Source of the DNA: Dehalococcoidia bacterium
Lineage (GTDB): Bacteria > Chloroflexota > Dehalococcoidia > Bin125
NCBI GenBank assembly: GCA_963555985.3
Contig: OY820591.1
Location: 2,880,001 to 2,944,000, forward strand
DNA: 64,000 nt
Direction: 5' to 3'
Under the pieces are notes generated by a model, which saw only the letters and a list, made by a program, of their open reading frames with translations, searched no databases and was not told where the DNA came from. A program made the position numbers and the translations under genes. Positions 22,828 through 32,253 of the stretch are shown one piece after another. Positions within the stretch are counted from its first letter, which is position 1. Every line of letters starts with the position of its first letter.

Positions 22828-22913
22828 GACGGTCCGGCTAGTAGGCATCTGCCGAATGCAGCCGACATACCGCTGGCGACGGGACCCCGGAACGCACGGG
22901 GTCCCTTTCTTTT
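22828..22913 (+). ncRNA. Putative small structured RNA downstream of DUF3800 gene
   Basis: TACAAT at 22817, nested stems CGGT/ACCG, CGGCT/AGCCG and GGC/GCC, then a terminator hairpin. Confidence 0.45.
22881..22913 (+). terminator. Intrinsic terminator
   Basis: GGGACCCCG-gaacgca-CGGGGTCCC followed by TTTCTTTT. Confidence 0.85.
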
Positions 22914-22955
22914 CTCGACGAATTGTCGGAGCTTCCCTGCATTCAGTGCGCACAT

Positions 22956-23780
22956 CTACCCAGGCTGACACGACCGGCAGAACGACGTAATCCGGCGGTT
23001 GGGTGAGACTTCCGAGATCGTTGCGCCGCACTTTGGGCAGGGTTCGCCGCCTTTGCGGTGGACTCTGAGGAACTCTCGCGGTTTGCGGTCGATGCGTTCG
23101 CCGATTTGGGTTGCCGCTTCCGACGATGCCCACTCCAACGTCTCCTGGATCGCGTGATAGAGCCGGCTGCGGCGATCGCTGTCCAGTGTGCTGATCTTGG
23201 TGAAGGGGTGGATGCGGGCGGTGAAGAGGATCTCGTCCGCGTAGGCGTTGCCGACGCCGGCGATGAACTTGGCGTTGACGAGCGCGTTCTTGACTTGGCC
23301 TCGATAGCGCTTGAGCCGTTTGAGGAAGACCTCCTCGGTCAGTTCGGGATCGAGCGCGTCGGGTCCCTGTTCGCAGAGCACAGGGACGGTGTCGAGCGCA
23401 TCCTCGTCGATGAGGTAGACCTTGCCGAGGAAGCGTTCGTCGATGTAACGAATGGCGAGCGCGTCGGTTTCGCCGTCAGCGGGGCAAAAGCCGAGCGTGA
23501 AGCAGGTGCGGGCGTGGGCCTTGGCGTCGGCCGTCCACTGGAAACGTCCGGTGAGCATCGGATTGACGGCCATGACCGAGCCGCGGTCGAAGTGGAAGAG
23601 CAGGAACTTGCCGCTGCGCTCGACTATCTCCAGCTCCGCGCCGAGCAGACCGGCCTCGAAGTCCTCGCGGGGCAGCCGGACGACGATCGGGCGGGGGACA
23701 TCGACGTTGGCGACGCGGCGTCCACCTAGACGTTCACGCAGGACTGCCGCGACGTGTTGCAGTTCGGGGATTTCGGGCAT
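22956..23780 (-). CDS. Fpg/Nei family DNA glycosylase
   Basis: N-terminal PEIPE, AGVGNAYADEILF H2TH motif, C-terminal CPKC...FCRSCQ zinc finger. Confidence 0.92.
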   Translation of the reverse strand: MPEIPELQHVAAVLRERLGGRRVANVDVPRPIVVRLPREDFEAGLLGAELEIVERSGKFLLFHFDRGSVMAVNPMLTGRFQWTADAKAHARTCFTLGFCPADGETDALAIRYIDERFLGKVYLIDEDALDTVPVLCEQGPDALDPELTEEVFLKRLKRYRGQVKNALVNAKFIAGVGNAYADEILFTARIHPFTKISTLDSDRRSRLYHAIQETLEWASSEAATQIGERIDRKPREFLRVHRKGGEPCPKCGATISEVSPNRRITSFCRSCQPG

Positions 23781-23839
23781 CTTGGCTGCACGTTGACGGA
23801 TGCAGCGGCATCGCTGCCAGCGGAGAATGTAAAGCGCGG

Positions 23840-24706
23840 CTACGCCTGCGGCGCGCGTGGGTAACTGCCCACCACACGCAGACGTTCAACCTCACCGCCG
23901 AGCTGTTCGATCACCGTTGCCATACCCGGATCGGCGCGGTGACCGTCGCAGTCGATAATGAAGAGGTATGCGCCCAGCTGTTCGCGGGCGGGGCGCGACT
24001 CGATCCGAGTCAGGTTGATGCCGGCGTCGGCGAAGCGCTGGAGCGCCTGGAGCAAAGCGCCGGGGCGGTTGGCGGTGGTGAAGATGATCGTGGTCTTGTC
24101 GTCGCCGGTTGGCGCGTGATCGCGGTGGGCGAGGACGACAAAGCGGGTGGCGTTGCGGTGATCGTCCTCGATCCCGGTCTCGGCGATCTGCGCGCCGTGG
24201 ATCTCGGCTGCGCGGCGCGGGGCGATCGCGGCGACGCCCCAGCCTTTGGCGCGTTCGGGCTGGTAGGCGAGGATGCGCTCAACTGCCTCGGAGGTGGAGA
24301 GCGTGGCTTGCGTATCGGCTTTGGGGAAGCGGCGCTGGATGTAGCGCTGGCATTGGCCAAGCGCCTGCGGGTGGGAAAGGATCAGCTCGATCTTCGAGAG
24401 GTCGGTATCGGGCGGGATGATCAGGCAGTGCTCGATCGGGATCACGAGTTCGTTGCGGATGGAGAGGTTGAGATGATGAATGATCAGGTCGTGGGTTTCG
24501 CCGACCGCGCCAGCGAGGGAGTTCTCGAAGGGCACGACGGCGGCGTCTACCGCGCCATTGGCGACGGCCTCGGCGCTGGCGGTGATGCTGGCTTGCGGGA
24601 GCAGTTCCGCGTCGGGCGCGAAGAGCACCGCCGCCTGCTCGGTAAAGGTGCCGCGCGGTCCGAGATAGGAGACGCGCTGAGGCTGCTCGCTGGCGGGCGT
24701 GGTCAT
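23840..24706 (-). CDS. pheA: Prephenate dehydratase
   Basis: YLGPRGTFT, VPFENS, SHPQALGQC, NATRF, NLTRIESRP. Confidence 0.95.
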   Translation of the reverse strand: MTTPASEQPQRVSYLGPRGTFTEQAAVLFAPDAELLPQASITASAEAVANGAVDAAVVPFENSLAGAVGETHDLIIHHLNLSIRNELVIPIEHCLIIPPDTDLSKIELILSHPQALGQCQRYIQRRFPKADTQATLSTSEAVERILAYQPERAKGWGVAAIAPRRAAEIHGAQIAETGIEDDHRNATRFVVLAHRDHAPTGDDKTTIIFTTANRPGALLQALQRFADAGINLTRIESRPAREQLGAYLFIIDCDGHRADPGMATVIEQLGGEVERLRVVGSYPRAPQA

Positions 24707-24709
24707 GGC

Positions 24710-25372
24710 TCAGGCCGTTCCGGTGAGGATGCGTTGGAGGAGCGGTTGATGCTCGGGCTGGGTCACGGCCAAGACGACTGCGTCGGCCTGGATCAGTGAA
24801 TCGGGACCGGGCACTTCCGGCTCTCCGCCCGGGTGCAGGATCAGAGTAAGCACGGTGTGCGGCGGCAGCCGCAGTTCGCGCACCGTCTGTCCCACGGCGG
24901 GCGCGCCGGGAGGAATGACGACTTCGAGCAGTGCGAACGCGCTCGAGCGCAGCTCGGTCAGACGAACCAGGCCGGTACCGACCTCCTGCTCGATCGAGGC
25001 GACGATGGCGCTGGTCGCGGAGATCGCGGCGTTGATGCCGACGGCTTGGAAGATCGGCTCGTTGCGCGGGTCGTTGATCCGCGCGATCACGCGATCCACG
25101 CCGAAGCGGGTTTGTGCCATCTGGCAGACGGCGAGGTTGGCCTGATCGCGGCCGGTGCAGGCGACGACAATATCCGCGCGGCCCATGCCGGCGGCGCGCT
25201 GGACGTGCACCTCGGTGCCGTCGCCGAGCACGGCGACTTCGCCGAGTTCGTCGTTGATCGCCCAGGTGACGGTGGGTTCGCGTTCGACGATGCAGACTTC
25301 GTGCCCGCCGGAGATCAGGTCGCGGGCGGCGCCCCAGCCGACTTTGCCGCCGCCGACGATGACGATGTACAT
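24710..25372 (-). CDS. TrkA family RCK N+C protein
   Basis: IVGGGKVG Rossmann motif, GDGT, TrkA-C domain. Confidence 0.9.
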   Translation of the reverse strand: MYIVIVGGGKVGWGAARDLISGGHEVCIVEREPTVTWAINDELGEVAVLGDGTEVHVQRAAGMGRADIVVACTGRDQANLAVCQMAQTRFGVDRVIARINDPRNEPIFQAVGINAAISATSAIVASIEQEVGTGLVRLTELRSSAFALLEVVIPPGAPAVGQTVRELRLPPHTVLTLILHPGGEPEVPGPDSLIQADAVVLAVTQPEHQPLLQRILTGTA

Positions 25373-25389
25373 GTCGGAGATTCCCTCGC

Positions 25390-25809
25390 TCAGAGTTGGG
25401 CGGGCGGCTCCGGCTCGAAGGCGGCTTCGCGCACGAGGCGATCGAGCACGGTGGTGGGGTTGACGACGCGAATGCCGAGTTCGCGGTAGATTTCGGCCCG
25501 TTCCGGATCGTAGATGCGGGCGACGACGCGGGGCGCGTGGTGGATATGTTTGGCGACCTGGGCCGCCATCGCGTTGCGGTTGTCGCCGTTGGCGAGCGCG
25601 AGGAAGATATCGGCGCCCGGCACGCCGGCGAGCTGCTGGACGGCGATGTCTTCGCCGGCGCCGACGATCGTGCGCCCGCTGAAGCTGTCGTCGAGCCAGT
25701 TGAAGGCGGCCGCCTCAACGTCGATCACGGTCACGTGATGGCCTTCGCCGTCGAGCTCGCGCGCGAGCGTGGAACCGAGCCGTCCGCAGCCCATGATTAC
25801 GACGCGCAT
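25390..25809 (-). CDS. TrkA-N (RCK) domain protein
   Basis: IMGCGRLG, GDNRN, ARIYDP. Confidence 0.9.
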   Translation of the reverse strand: MRVVIMGCGRLGSTLARELDGEGHHVTVIDVEAAAFNWLDDSFSGRTIVGAGEDIAVQQLAGVPGADIFLALANGDNRNAMAAQVAKHIHHAPRVVARIYDPERAEIYRELGIRVVNPTTVLDRLVREAAFEPEPPAQL

Positions 25810-25836
25810 GATTCGCTCGCTACCGCTTCTGTCGAT

Positions 25837-26349
25837 TTAGCGGGGGGTTGAACGGCCGTTGGCCGAATCGGAGTCGCTGAGGTGCTCGCGCACCACGATC
25901 ACTTCGCAGGGAGCGTGACTGAGCACGTAGTCGGCGGTCGAACCGAGGTCGATGGCGGTGTTGTTGTGGCGGGCGAGCGCAGTCTGCGCGCCCGCGCGGC
26001 CAACCGCGATATCGGCGTGGCCGACGCCGAGCACGACCAGGTCAACCGCTTCGGCGACAGCGGCGTCGACGATCGCGGGTCCGGCGTTGCGGGCCTGCAA
26101 GAGGATCGACTTGGCGTTGACCTTGGCCTGTTTGGCGGCGGCTTCGGCTTCGGCGAGGCAGGCTTCGGCGCGCGCTTCAACTTGGGGCAGGATGTCGTCG
26201 AGCGGGTATTCGCGCCCAACTTCGACCACGTAAATCGGGCAGACCTGCGACTTGCGCCGGTCAACGCGGGCGAGATGCAGCGCGACTTCGAGTCCGCGCC
26301 GGGCGGGTTCGGAGCGGTCGAAGGGGACGAGCACACGAATGCCGGCCAT
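25837..26349 (-). CDS. Universal stress protein
   Basis: VLVPFD, VDLVVLG, LGSTADYVLSHAPCEVIVVR. Confidence 0.9.
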   Translation of the reverse strand: MAGIRVLVPFDRSEPARRGLEVALHLARVDRRKSQVCPIYVVEVGREYPLDDILPQVEARAEACLAEAEAAAKQAKVNAKSILLQARNAGPAIVDAAVAEAVDLVVLGVGHADIAVGRAGAQTALARHNNTAIDLGSTADYVLSHAPCEVIVVREHLSDSDSANGRSTPR

Positions 26350-26621
26350 CGGACGCCTTTCGGTCCTACGCCGCTGTTCAGCGCGAGGCGCGCAACCCTA
26401 CAGCAGGATATCGGCGCGGCGCGGGCAGTCGCTGAACGCGGGGTGAAGCGGAGGAGAGCCAGTGCGCCCCGTTCATGGCCTGCTCAGTCCGGCTGGCGGC
26501 ACGAATTTGGAGATGTGCAGATGTTGCGCGCGTCGTCCGAGTTGATTCGGCAGCGATCAGGCGTACAGTCGAAAATGACTAGAATGTGCGAGTGCCGCAC
26601 GCGCATGGGAGGGAGCATCAG

Positions 26622-26909
26622 GTGACAACCCAGGTATTGGGCAGTTTCCGGCTCGTCCGCGAAGGCGAGCCGAGCCCGGCGCGGGAGTGCTGGGAACAAG
26701 CGCAAGTCAACACTGCCTATTTCCATGAGCACGCCGACGAGCTGTGGGAGGAGCATGACGGCAAGATGCTGCTCATCTACGACGGTGGAACAGTCGAAGC
26801 CTTTGCCAGCCCGCAGGAACTGTACGACCGGATCGCAGAGCTTCCGGGTGAACTCAGACAAAGCGCCAAGTACTTCCAGCAGCGTCAGGAGGGAGTGTGG
26901 ATTCTTTAG
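26622..26909 (+). CDS. Small DUF5678-like protein
   Basis: GGAGGGAG RBS with GTG start. NTAYFHEHADELWEEHDGKMLLIYDG...PQELY resembles the DUF5678 pattern (family call by recall). Confidence 0.65.
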   Translation: MTTQVLGSFRLVREGEPSPARECWEQAQVNTAYFHEHADELWEEHDGKMLLIYDGGTVEAFASPQELYDRIAELPGELRQSAKYFQQRQEGVWIL

Positions 26910-27397
26910 AGCTTCAGCTCCACGGGTACTTCGACGAAGGAGGCGTCTCACAACGGGGCGCCTCTATCGCGCCACGGCCATTCCTTGCAATTGGCGTGGG
27001 CGAGCCGCCCGAGATGGCAACCGTAGACTTCTTGATAGACACCGGAGCAGATCTGACGACCATCTGCCCAGCCGACGCAGTCCGTATCTGGGGAGCGCGG
27101 TACCTGGCGATTGACTTCGAGCAGGACGACACGAGTGAGCCGGTCAGAGGCATTGGCGGGAGTCAGTTGTTGATCATCAGAAGAAAGACCAGACTCACCC
27201 TGTTTCCCTCGACTGAACGAGTTCGAGAGCTGCATCTGGAGCGCGAACTCTCGATTCTGCCCCCGAATAGCCCGTCTTGGATCAATCAGTCACTGCTTGG
27301 TCGTGATCTGCTGAGCCTGTTCGAGTTCGTGATGTCGCAGAAGCGGAACGTGATCGAATTGACTCTGAGTGTCGATGATGCGGAGGCAGTGAGTTGA
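26897..27397 (+). CDS. Retropepsin-like (clan AA) aspartic protease
   Basis: FLIDTGAD catalytic motif, GIGG flap, SLLGRDLL; AGGAGG RBS inside the upstream gene. Confidence 0.85.
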   Translation: MDSLELQLHGYFDEGGVSQRGASIAPRPFLAIGVGEPPEMATVDFLIDTGADLTTICPADAVRIWGARYLAIDFEQDDTSEPVRGIGGSQLLIIRRKTRLTLFPSTERVRELHLERELSILPPNSPSWINQSLLGRDLLSLFEFVMSQKRNVIELTLSVDDAEAVS

Positions 27398-27470
27398 CGT
27401 GAGCCTGATCCTCCGGCTGAGCCGGAAGTGACGGGCAGGGTGTGCGAGCGGGAAGCTGGCAGCGTGGAAG

Positions 27471-28046
27471 CTAGTAGACGTACTTCGGCTGTTCGCGGAT
27501 CACGTGGGAGCCGTCTTCGTCGAGTTGTTCGAGCCAGGCGTGGAGACGGCCGTTGTTGATTTCGATGAATCCGAGCGTGCCCAGGCGGGTGTCGAGGTTG
27601 CGGGGATACATGGGGCTGCCCGGGTTGACCAGCAACACTCCTCGGATCGTCTCAATCGAAGCGACATGCGTGTCGCCGTGGACGACGACGTGCTGGGGCC
27701 CGCCGAAGTAGTGCGCCATCATCGATTCGACGGTGCGGTAGGGCGGCCATTCGGGCAGCGCCATGTCGTGGGTGAGACCGAACTTGAAGCCCTCGAACTC
27801 GAGGTTCCAGGCTTCGCGCAAGCGCGGATCCTCGGGCTGGACCGGACGCCCGCCGGAACCGTCGTCGCCGTTGCCGCGGGCGACATAGATCGGCGCGACG
27901 GTTTCGAGTTGGTCGATCAGCGAGATGTCGTGGATGTCGCCGCCGTGCAGCAGGACATCCACGCCGCGAATGCGGTCCCAGAGTTGGGGCCAGAGCTCTT
28001 CGCCGGCTTCGGGTACGTGGGTGTCGGAGATCAGGCCAATCAGCAT
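27471..28046 (-). CDS. Metallophosphoesterase (YfcE/MJ0936-like)
   Basis: ISDTH, HGGD, RGNGD, HGDTH, NPGS. Confidence 0.9.
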   Translation of the reverse strand: MLIGLISDTHVPEAGEELWPQLWDRIRGVDVLLHGGDIHDISLIDQLETVAPIYVARGNGDDGSGGRPVQPEDPRLREAWNLEFEGFKFGLTHDMALPEWPPYRTVESMMAHYFGGPQHVVVHGDTHVASIETIRGVLLVNPGSPMYPRNLDTRLGTLGFIEINNGRLHAWLEQLDEDGSHVIREQPKYVY

Positions 28047-28101
28047 GTCGAATAGCCTAGCCTAGAGCGCCGAAGCGGGATGGACGCTTGGCTTGGATTG
28101 A

Positions 28102-29163
28102 GTGGATATGGGCAGGATCGACTGGCGAGCGGGCGAGCGGGTGCTGAACCGCCCCTTGGTGCAGTGGTCGCTGATGATCCTGCTGATCGTGCTGGCGATG
28201 CTCGGAGCGTACCTCTGCCGGGTCGACCGCAGTCTCTCGCTGGATGCGGGGACGGGCGCGCTGCCGGCGTCCAATCTGCGCATTGCGATGATCACGCACG
28301 GCGGGATCGGCGACCCGTTCTGGGATCAGGTGGCGGCGGGCGCATTCGCCGCGCAGCGCGAGTTCGGTGTGGAACTGCGCTACGACGGCGACGGCAACAT
28401 CAATGAACAGGTGCGCCTGGTCGACAACGCGGTCGCGTTGGGATATGACGTGCTCGTCGTCTCGTTGGCCGACCCCGATGCGCTGGAGGATTCAATCCGC
28501 GCAGCGGTGGCGGCCGGGATCACGGTGATGACGATCAACTCCGGCGAAGAGCGCGGGCGCGAGTTCGGCTCCGTCACTCATTTCGGCCAGCCGGACGGGG
28601 TGGCGGGTCTGGGCGCGGGCGAGCGCATGGTCGCGGCCGGCGTCACCCACATGCTTTGCGTGATTCACGAGGCCGGGAACGTAGGGCTTGACGCTCGCTG
28701 CGAGAATTCGCGGCTGGCGGTCGAATTGGCAGGCGGACAGGTGGATCGCTTGTTCGTGACGGGCACCGCCGACGTGGTGGCGACGACGAACGAAATCCAG
28801 GCCTACTTGCAGGGCAATCCAACGATCGACGGCGTACTCACGCTCAACGCCGGAATCGCCGAGCTCGCGCTGCGCGCAATTGAGGGTTCGGGCGTCGATG
28901 CCATCCTGGGCACGTTCGATGTCTCGATCACGGTGCTTGAGGCGATTGAGGACGGTCAAATTCTGTTCGCGGTCGACCAACAGGCGTACCTCCAGGGCTT
29001 CCTGCCGATCGCCTTCGCGTACATGATGAGTCTGGCGGAAGACGAGGAGACGACCGGCATTCTCTCCGGCATGGCGAGTTGGGCGGCCTCGGGACGCTTG
29101 TTGACCGGTCCGGGATTCGTCGATCAATCCAACGCTCGCCGCTTCCCGCAGTTAGGCAACTAA
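28102..29163 (+). CDS. Sugar ABC transporter substrate-binding protein
   Basis: ITHG..GDPFW, VIHEAGNVGLDARC, FAVDQQAYLQG, TGPGFV. Confidence 0.9.
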   Translation: MDMGRIDWRAGERVLNRPLVQWSLMILLIVLAMLGAYLCRVDRSLSLDAGTGALPASNLRIAMITHGGIGDPFWDQVAAGAFAAQREFGVELRYDGDGNINEQVRLVDNAVALGYDVLVVSLADPDALEDSIRAAVAAGITVMTINSGEERGREFGSVTHFGQPDGVAGLGAGERMVAAGVTHMLCVIHEAGNVGLDARCENSRLAVELAGGQVDRLFVTGTADVVATTNEIQAYLQGNPTIDGVLTLNAGIAELALRAIEGSGVDAILGTFDVSITVLEAIEDGQILFAVDQQAYLQGFLPIAFAYMMSLAEDEETTGILSGMASWAASGRLLTGPGFVDQSNARRFPQLGN

Positions 29164-29166
29164 ACG

Positions 29167-30159
29167 ATGCGCGTGCCTTGGCTCCTGGCGGTGTTGTCGG
29201 CGCTCGCAGCCCTGGCTGTCGTCTCGGCGGGCTGCCGGGAAGCGACGCGCGATCGGCTCCGCTTGGATGAGCTGGACCCGATGTCTGTGGCCTTCATCGT
29301 GCATGGAGCGCCGGACGACCCCTTCTGGGCCGAGGTGCGCGCAGGCGCGACCGATGCGGCCGCCGCCTTCGACATCAATCTCGCCTGGCGCTCGTCGCCC
29401 GACGGGGAGGAACGCGAGCGCCTGATCGACGAGGCGCTGCAACAGGGTTTCGACACGATCGTGGTGACGCTGGCCGATCCCGATGCGGTGTCCGAGGTGG
29501 TTGTGGAAGCAATCCTGATCGGGACGACGGTCTATGTGATCAACGCGGGCGCGGAACACGTGCAGGCTCTGGGCGCGGCCTCCTACTTTGGCCAGGTCGA
29601 GACGGTCGCCGGGCTGGCGGTCGGCGATCGCCTGAAGGAGGCGGGCGCGAGCAAACTGCTCTGCGTGGTGCATGAGCAGGTCAACATTGCGCTGGACGCT
29701 CGCTGTGAGCGCGCCGGATTTCGAGTCGGCGCGTTTACGCCCCTCCAGATCGATCCGAACAACCCGGATCCGGGGACGTTGATCAGCTGGGCGTTGCAGA
29801 ATGATCCGGAGATCGACGCCGTGCTCTCGATGAGTACGGCGCTCTATGAGCCGGTGCTCAATGCGGTGGAGGGCGAGCGCGGCGAGGGCCGCGAGATCGT
29901 GTACGCCGTGTTTGAACTGAACGACCACGTGCTGGACGGGATCGAGCGCGGCCAAGTGCTCTTTGCCGTGGATCAACAGGCGTATCTCCAGGGCTATCTG
30001 CCGGTCGCCTATTCGCGCCTCAGCCAATACGCCGACTTCTCGCAGGGCGATGAACTGGCTGATGCGCTGTTGCAATGGATCGCCGGAGGCGGGATTTTTC
30101 TGGGTCCGGCCTTCGTGGACGTGAACAACGCCGAGCGTGTGCGCGATTCGAGGCGCTAG
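29167..30159 (+). CDS. Second sugar ABC substrate-binding lipoprotein
   Basis: Lipobox SAGC and the same motifs as the upstream paralog. Confidence 0.9.
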   Translation: MRVPWLLAVLSALAALAVVSAGCREATRDRLRLDELDPMSVAFIVHGAPDDPFWAEVRAGATDAAAAFDINLAWRSSPDGEERERLIDEALQQGFDTIVVTLADPDAVSEVVVEAILIGTTVYVINAGAEHVQALGAASYFGQVETVAGLAVGDRLKEAGASKLLCVVHEQVNIALDARCERAGFRVGAFTPLQIDPNNPDPGTLISWALQNDPEIDAVLSMSTALYEPVLNAVEGERGEGREIVYAVFELNDHVLDGIERGQVLFAVDQQAYLQGYLPVAYSRLSQYADFSQGDELADALLQWIAGGGIFLGPAFVDVNNAERVRDSRR

Positions 30160-30267
30160 CGCTCTGCGCTGTGATTCGACTGCGCCGGCCCCGTCAGGTC
30201 TCGCTGGCGGCTAGCCTGCGCTGCGAGGCACTTGCAACCGAGCCAGCCGCAGAGGTGAATGGGAATC

Positions 30268-31308
30268 ATGGCCAGCACTCAGATTCCGGCTTGGGAGCGG
30301 CAGCGCGAGCGCGTCCTGGCGATCGTGCTCCGACCCGAACTCGGCTCAGTCGTCGCCGCCGGGCTGCTCTTCATCTTCTTCAGCATCGCCTCCTCCGGCG
30401 CGATGTTGGAAATTCCCACGCTCGCGCGCGTCTTCGACGCCGCCTGGCCCTACGGGATCATCGCCGTGGCCGTCGGTCTCCTGATGATCGGAGGCGAGTT
30501 CGATCTCTCCACCGGCGTGATGGTCGGCACGGCCGGCGCGCTGCTGGGGATTATGGCGACCGAATGGGGCATGAACCTCTGGTTGGCGGCCTTCCTCTCG
30601 CTGCTCGTCTGTCTCGCCTTGGGACTCTGGAACGGCATCCTGGTGGTGCGCACGGGATTGCCCTCGTTCGTGATCACCCTGGGTACGTTCTTCGGCCTGC
30701 GCGGAGCGAATGTCGCGCTCAGCAAACACTTCACCGGCGATGCGCTGATTGAGAACATCGACATCGCGGACGGCTACGACTCGCTGCACGCGATCGTGGC
30801 GACGGTCTTCGGCACGGCTCCGGAGGACTTCCGCGTCTCGCTGCTCTGGTGGGGCGGCTTCACCCTGATTGCGGCCTGGATTCTCTGGCGCACCAAGATC
30901 GGCAACTGGATTTTCGCCACCGGCGGCGACAAAGAGGCTGCCCGCGCGGTGGGCGTACCCGTCAACGGGACCAAGATCGGCCTCTTCATGCTCACCGCCG
31001 GCGCCGCCTGGTTCGTGGGCGTCAGCAACGCCGTGCGCTACACGAGCGTGCAGGCAGGACAGGGCGTGGGCGCCGAATTCTTCTACATCATCGCCGCCGT
31101 CGTCGGCGGCTGCTACATGACCGGCGGCTACGGCTCCGCGATTGGCCCCGCGATTGGCGCGATGATCTGGGCGATCGCCTTCATCGGCATCCCCCACGCC
31201 GGTTGGAATTCCGACTGGCGCTGGGCGTTCTACGGCGTCCTGCTGCTGATCGCCACGCTGATCAACTACATCGTCGGTCAGCGCGTGCGTACGGAGCGCG
31301 CGGCCTGA
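30268..31308 (+). CDS. Sugar ABC transporter permease
   Basis: GGEFDLS, LPSFVITLG, ATGGDKEAARAVGV, IAAVVGG. Confidence 0.92.
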   Translation: MASTQIPAWERQRERVLAIVLRPELGSVVAAGLLFIFFSIASSGAMLEIPTLARVFDAAWPYGIIAVAVGLLMIGGEFDLSTGVMVGTAGALLGIMATEWGMNLWLAAFLSLLVCLALGLWNGILVVRTGLPSFVITLGTFFGLRGANVALSKHFTGDALIENIDIADGYDSLHAIVATVFGTAPEDFRVSLLWWGGFTLIAAWILWRTKIGNWIFATGGDKEAARAVGVPVNGTKIGLFMLTAGAAWFVGVSNAVRYTSVQAGQGVGAEFFYIIAAVVGGCYMTGGYGSAIGPAIGAMIWAIAFIGIPHAGWNSDWRWAFYGVLLLIATLINYIVGQRVRTERAA

Positions 31309-31353
31309 GCCCGATCGGCGCAGAGCGCGTTCCGACTTGAGGAGAATGCAACG

Positions 31354-32172
31354 ATGACGACCGAAGCGATCGCTCCCGCTCCGCCCGAGACCGACGAACC
31401 GCCGCCGGTGCTCAGCGTACGCAACCTCGGCAAGCGCTTCGGCCCGATCGATGCGCTGATCGATGTCAATGTCTCCCTCCACGCCGGCGATGTGACCTGC
31501 GTAGTCGGCGACAACGGCGCGGGCAAATCCGTGTTCATCAAGCTGCTCTGTGGTCTGCTGTCGCCGACCTCGGGAGAGCTGCTGCTTGACGGCGCGCCGA
31601 TCCGAATCGACTCGCCCCGCGATGCGCGCGCGCTGGGAATCGTGGCCGTCTATCAGGATCTGGCGCTGGCGCCGCTGATGTCGGTCTGGCGCAACTTCTT
31701 CCTCGGCGCAGAGCCGGTCAAAGGCTGGGGACCCTTCCAACGCTTCGATGTCAGCTACGCCAAGCGGACCGTGACAACGGAGTTGGAGCGGCTCGGCGTT
31801 GAGCTGGGCGATCCCGACCGCGCCGCGCGCACGCTCTCCGGCGGACAGCGGCAGGGACTCGCGATCGCGCGGGCGCTCTACTACGGAGCGCGGGTGCTGA
31901 TCCTGGACGAGCCGACCTCCGCCTTGGGCGTGCGGCAGTCGGGAGCCGTGCTGCGCTTGATCCGCCGCGTCGCCCAGCGCGGCGCTGCGGTCGTGCTGGT
32001 CACACCTAAGCCCGAGCACGCCTTCTTGGTCGGCGACCGCTACCTGATCTTCCAGCGCGGCCGCCTGATCGAAGACCGTCGCAAAGGCACGTTAACCCTG
32101 CAAGAACTCGCCCACGGCATGGCCGGCGGCGGCGAGATCGACGAACTGGAGCATGTGATCGCCACCACCTAG
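31354..32172 (+). CDS. Sugar ABC transporter ATP-binding protein
   Basis: GDNGAGKS, LSGGQRQ, LILDEPT. Confidence 0.9.
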   Translation: MTTEAIAPAPPETDEPPPVLSVRNLGKRFGPIDALIDVNVSLHAGDVTCVVGDNGAGKSVFIKLLCGLLSPTSGELLLDGAPIRIDSPRDARALGIVAVYQDLALAPLMSVWRNFFLGAEPVKGWGPFQRFDVSYAKRTVTTELERLGVELGDPDRAARTLSGGQRQGLAIARALYYGARVLILDEPTSALGVRQSGAVLRLIRRVAQRGAAVVLVTPKPEHAFLVGDRYLIFQRGRLIEDRRKGTLTLQELAHGMAGGGEIDELEHVIATT

Positions 32173-32253
32173 CGCTGCCCGCTCGGTTGGCAGGCGGTAA
32201 ACTATTGGACACGGATGCGACTGCCGGCGCAGCCGGCGGCGAGAGGAGCCCCG

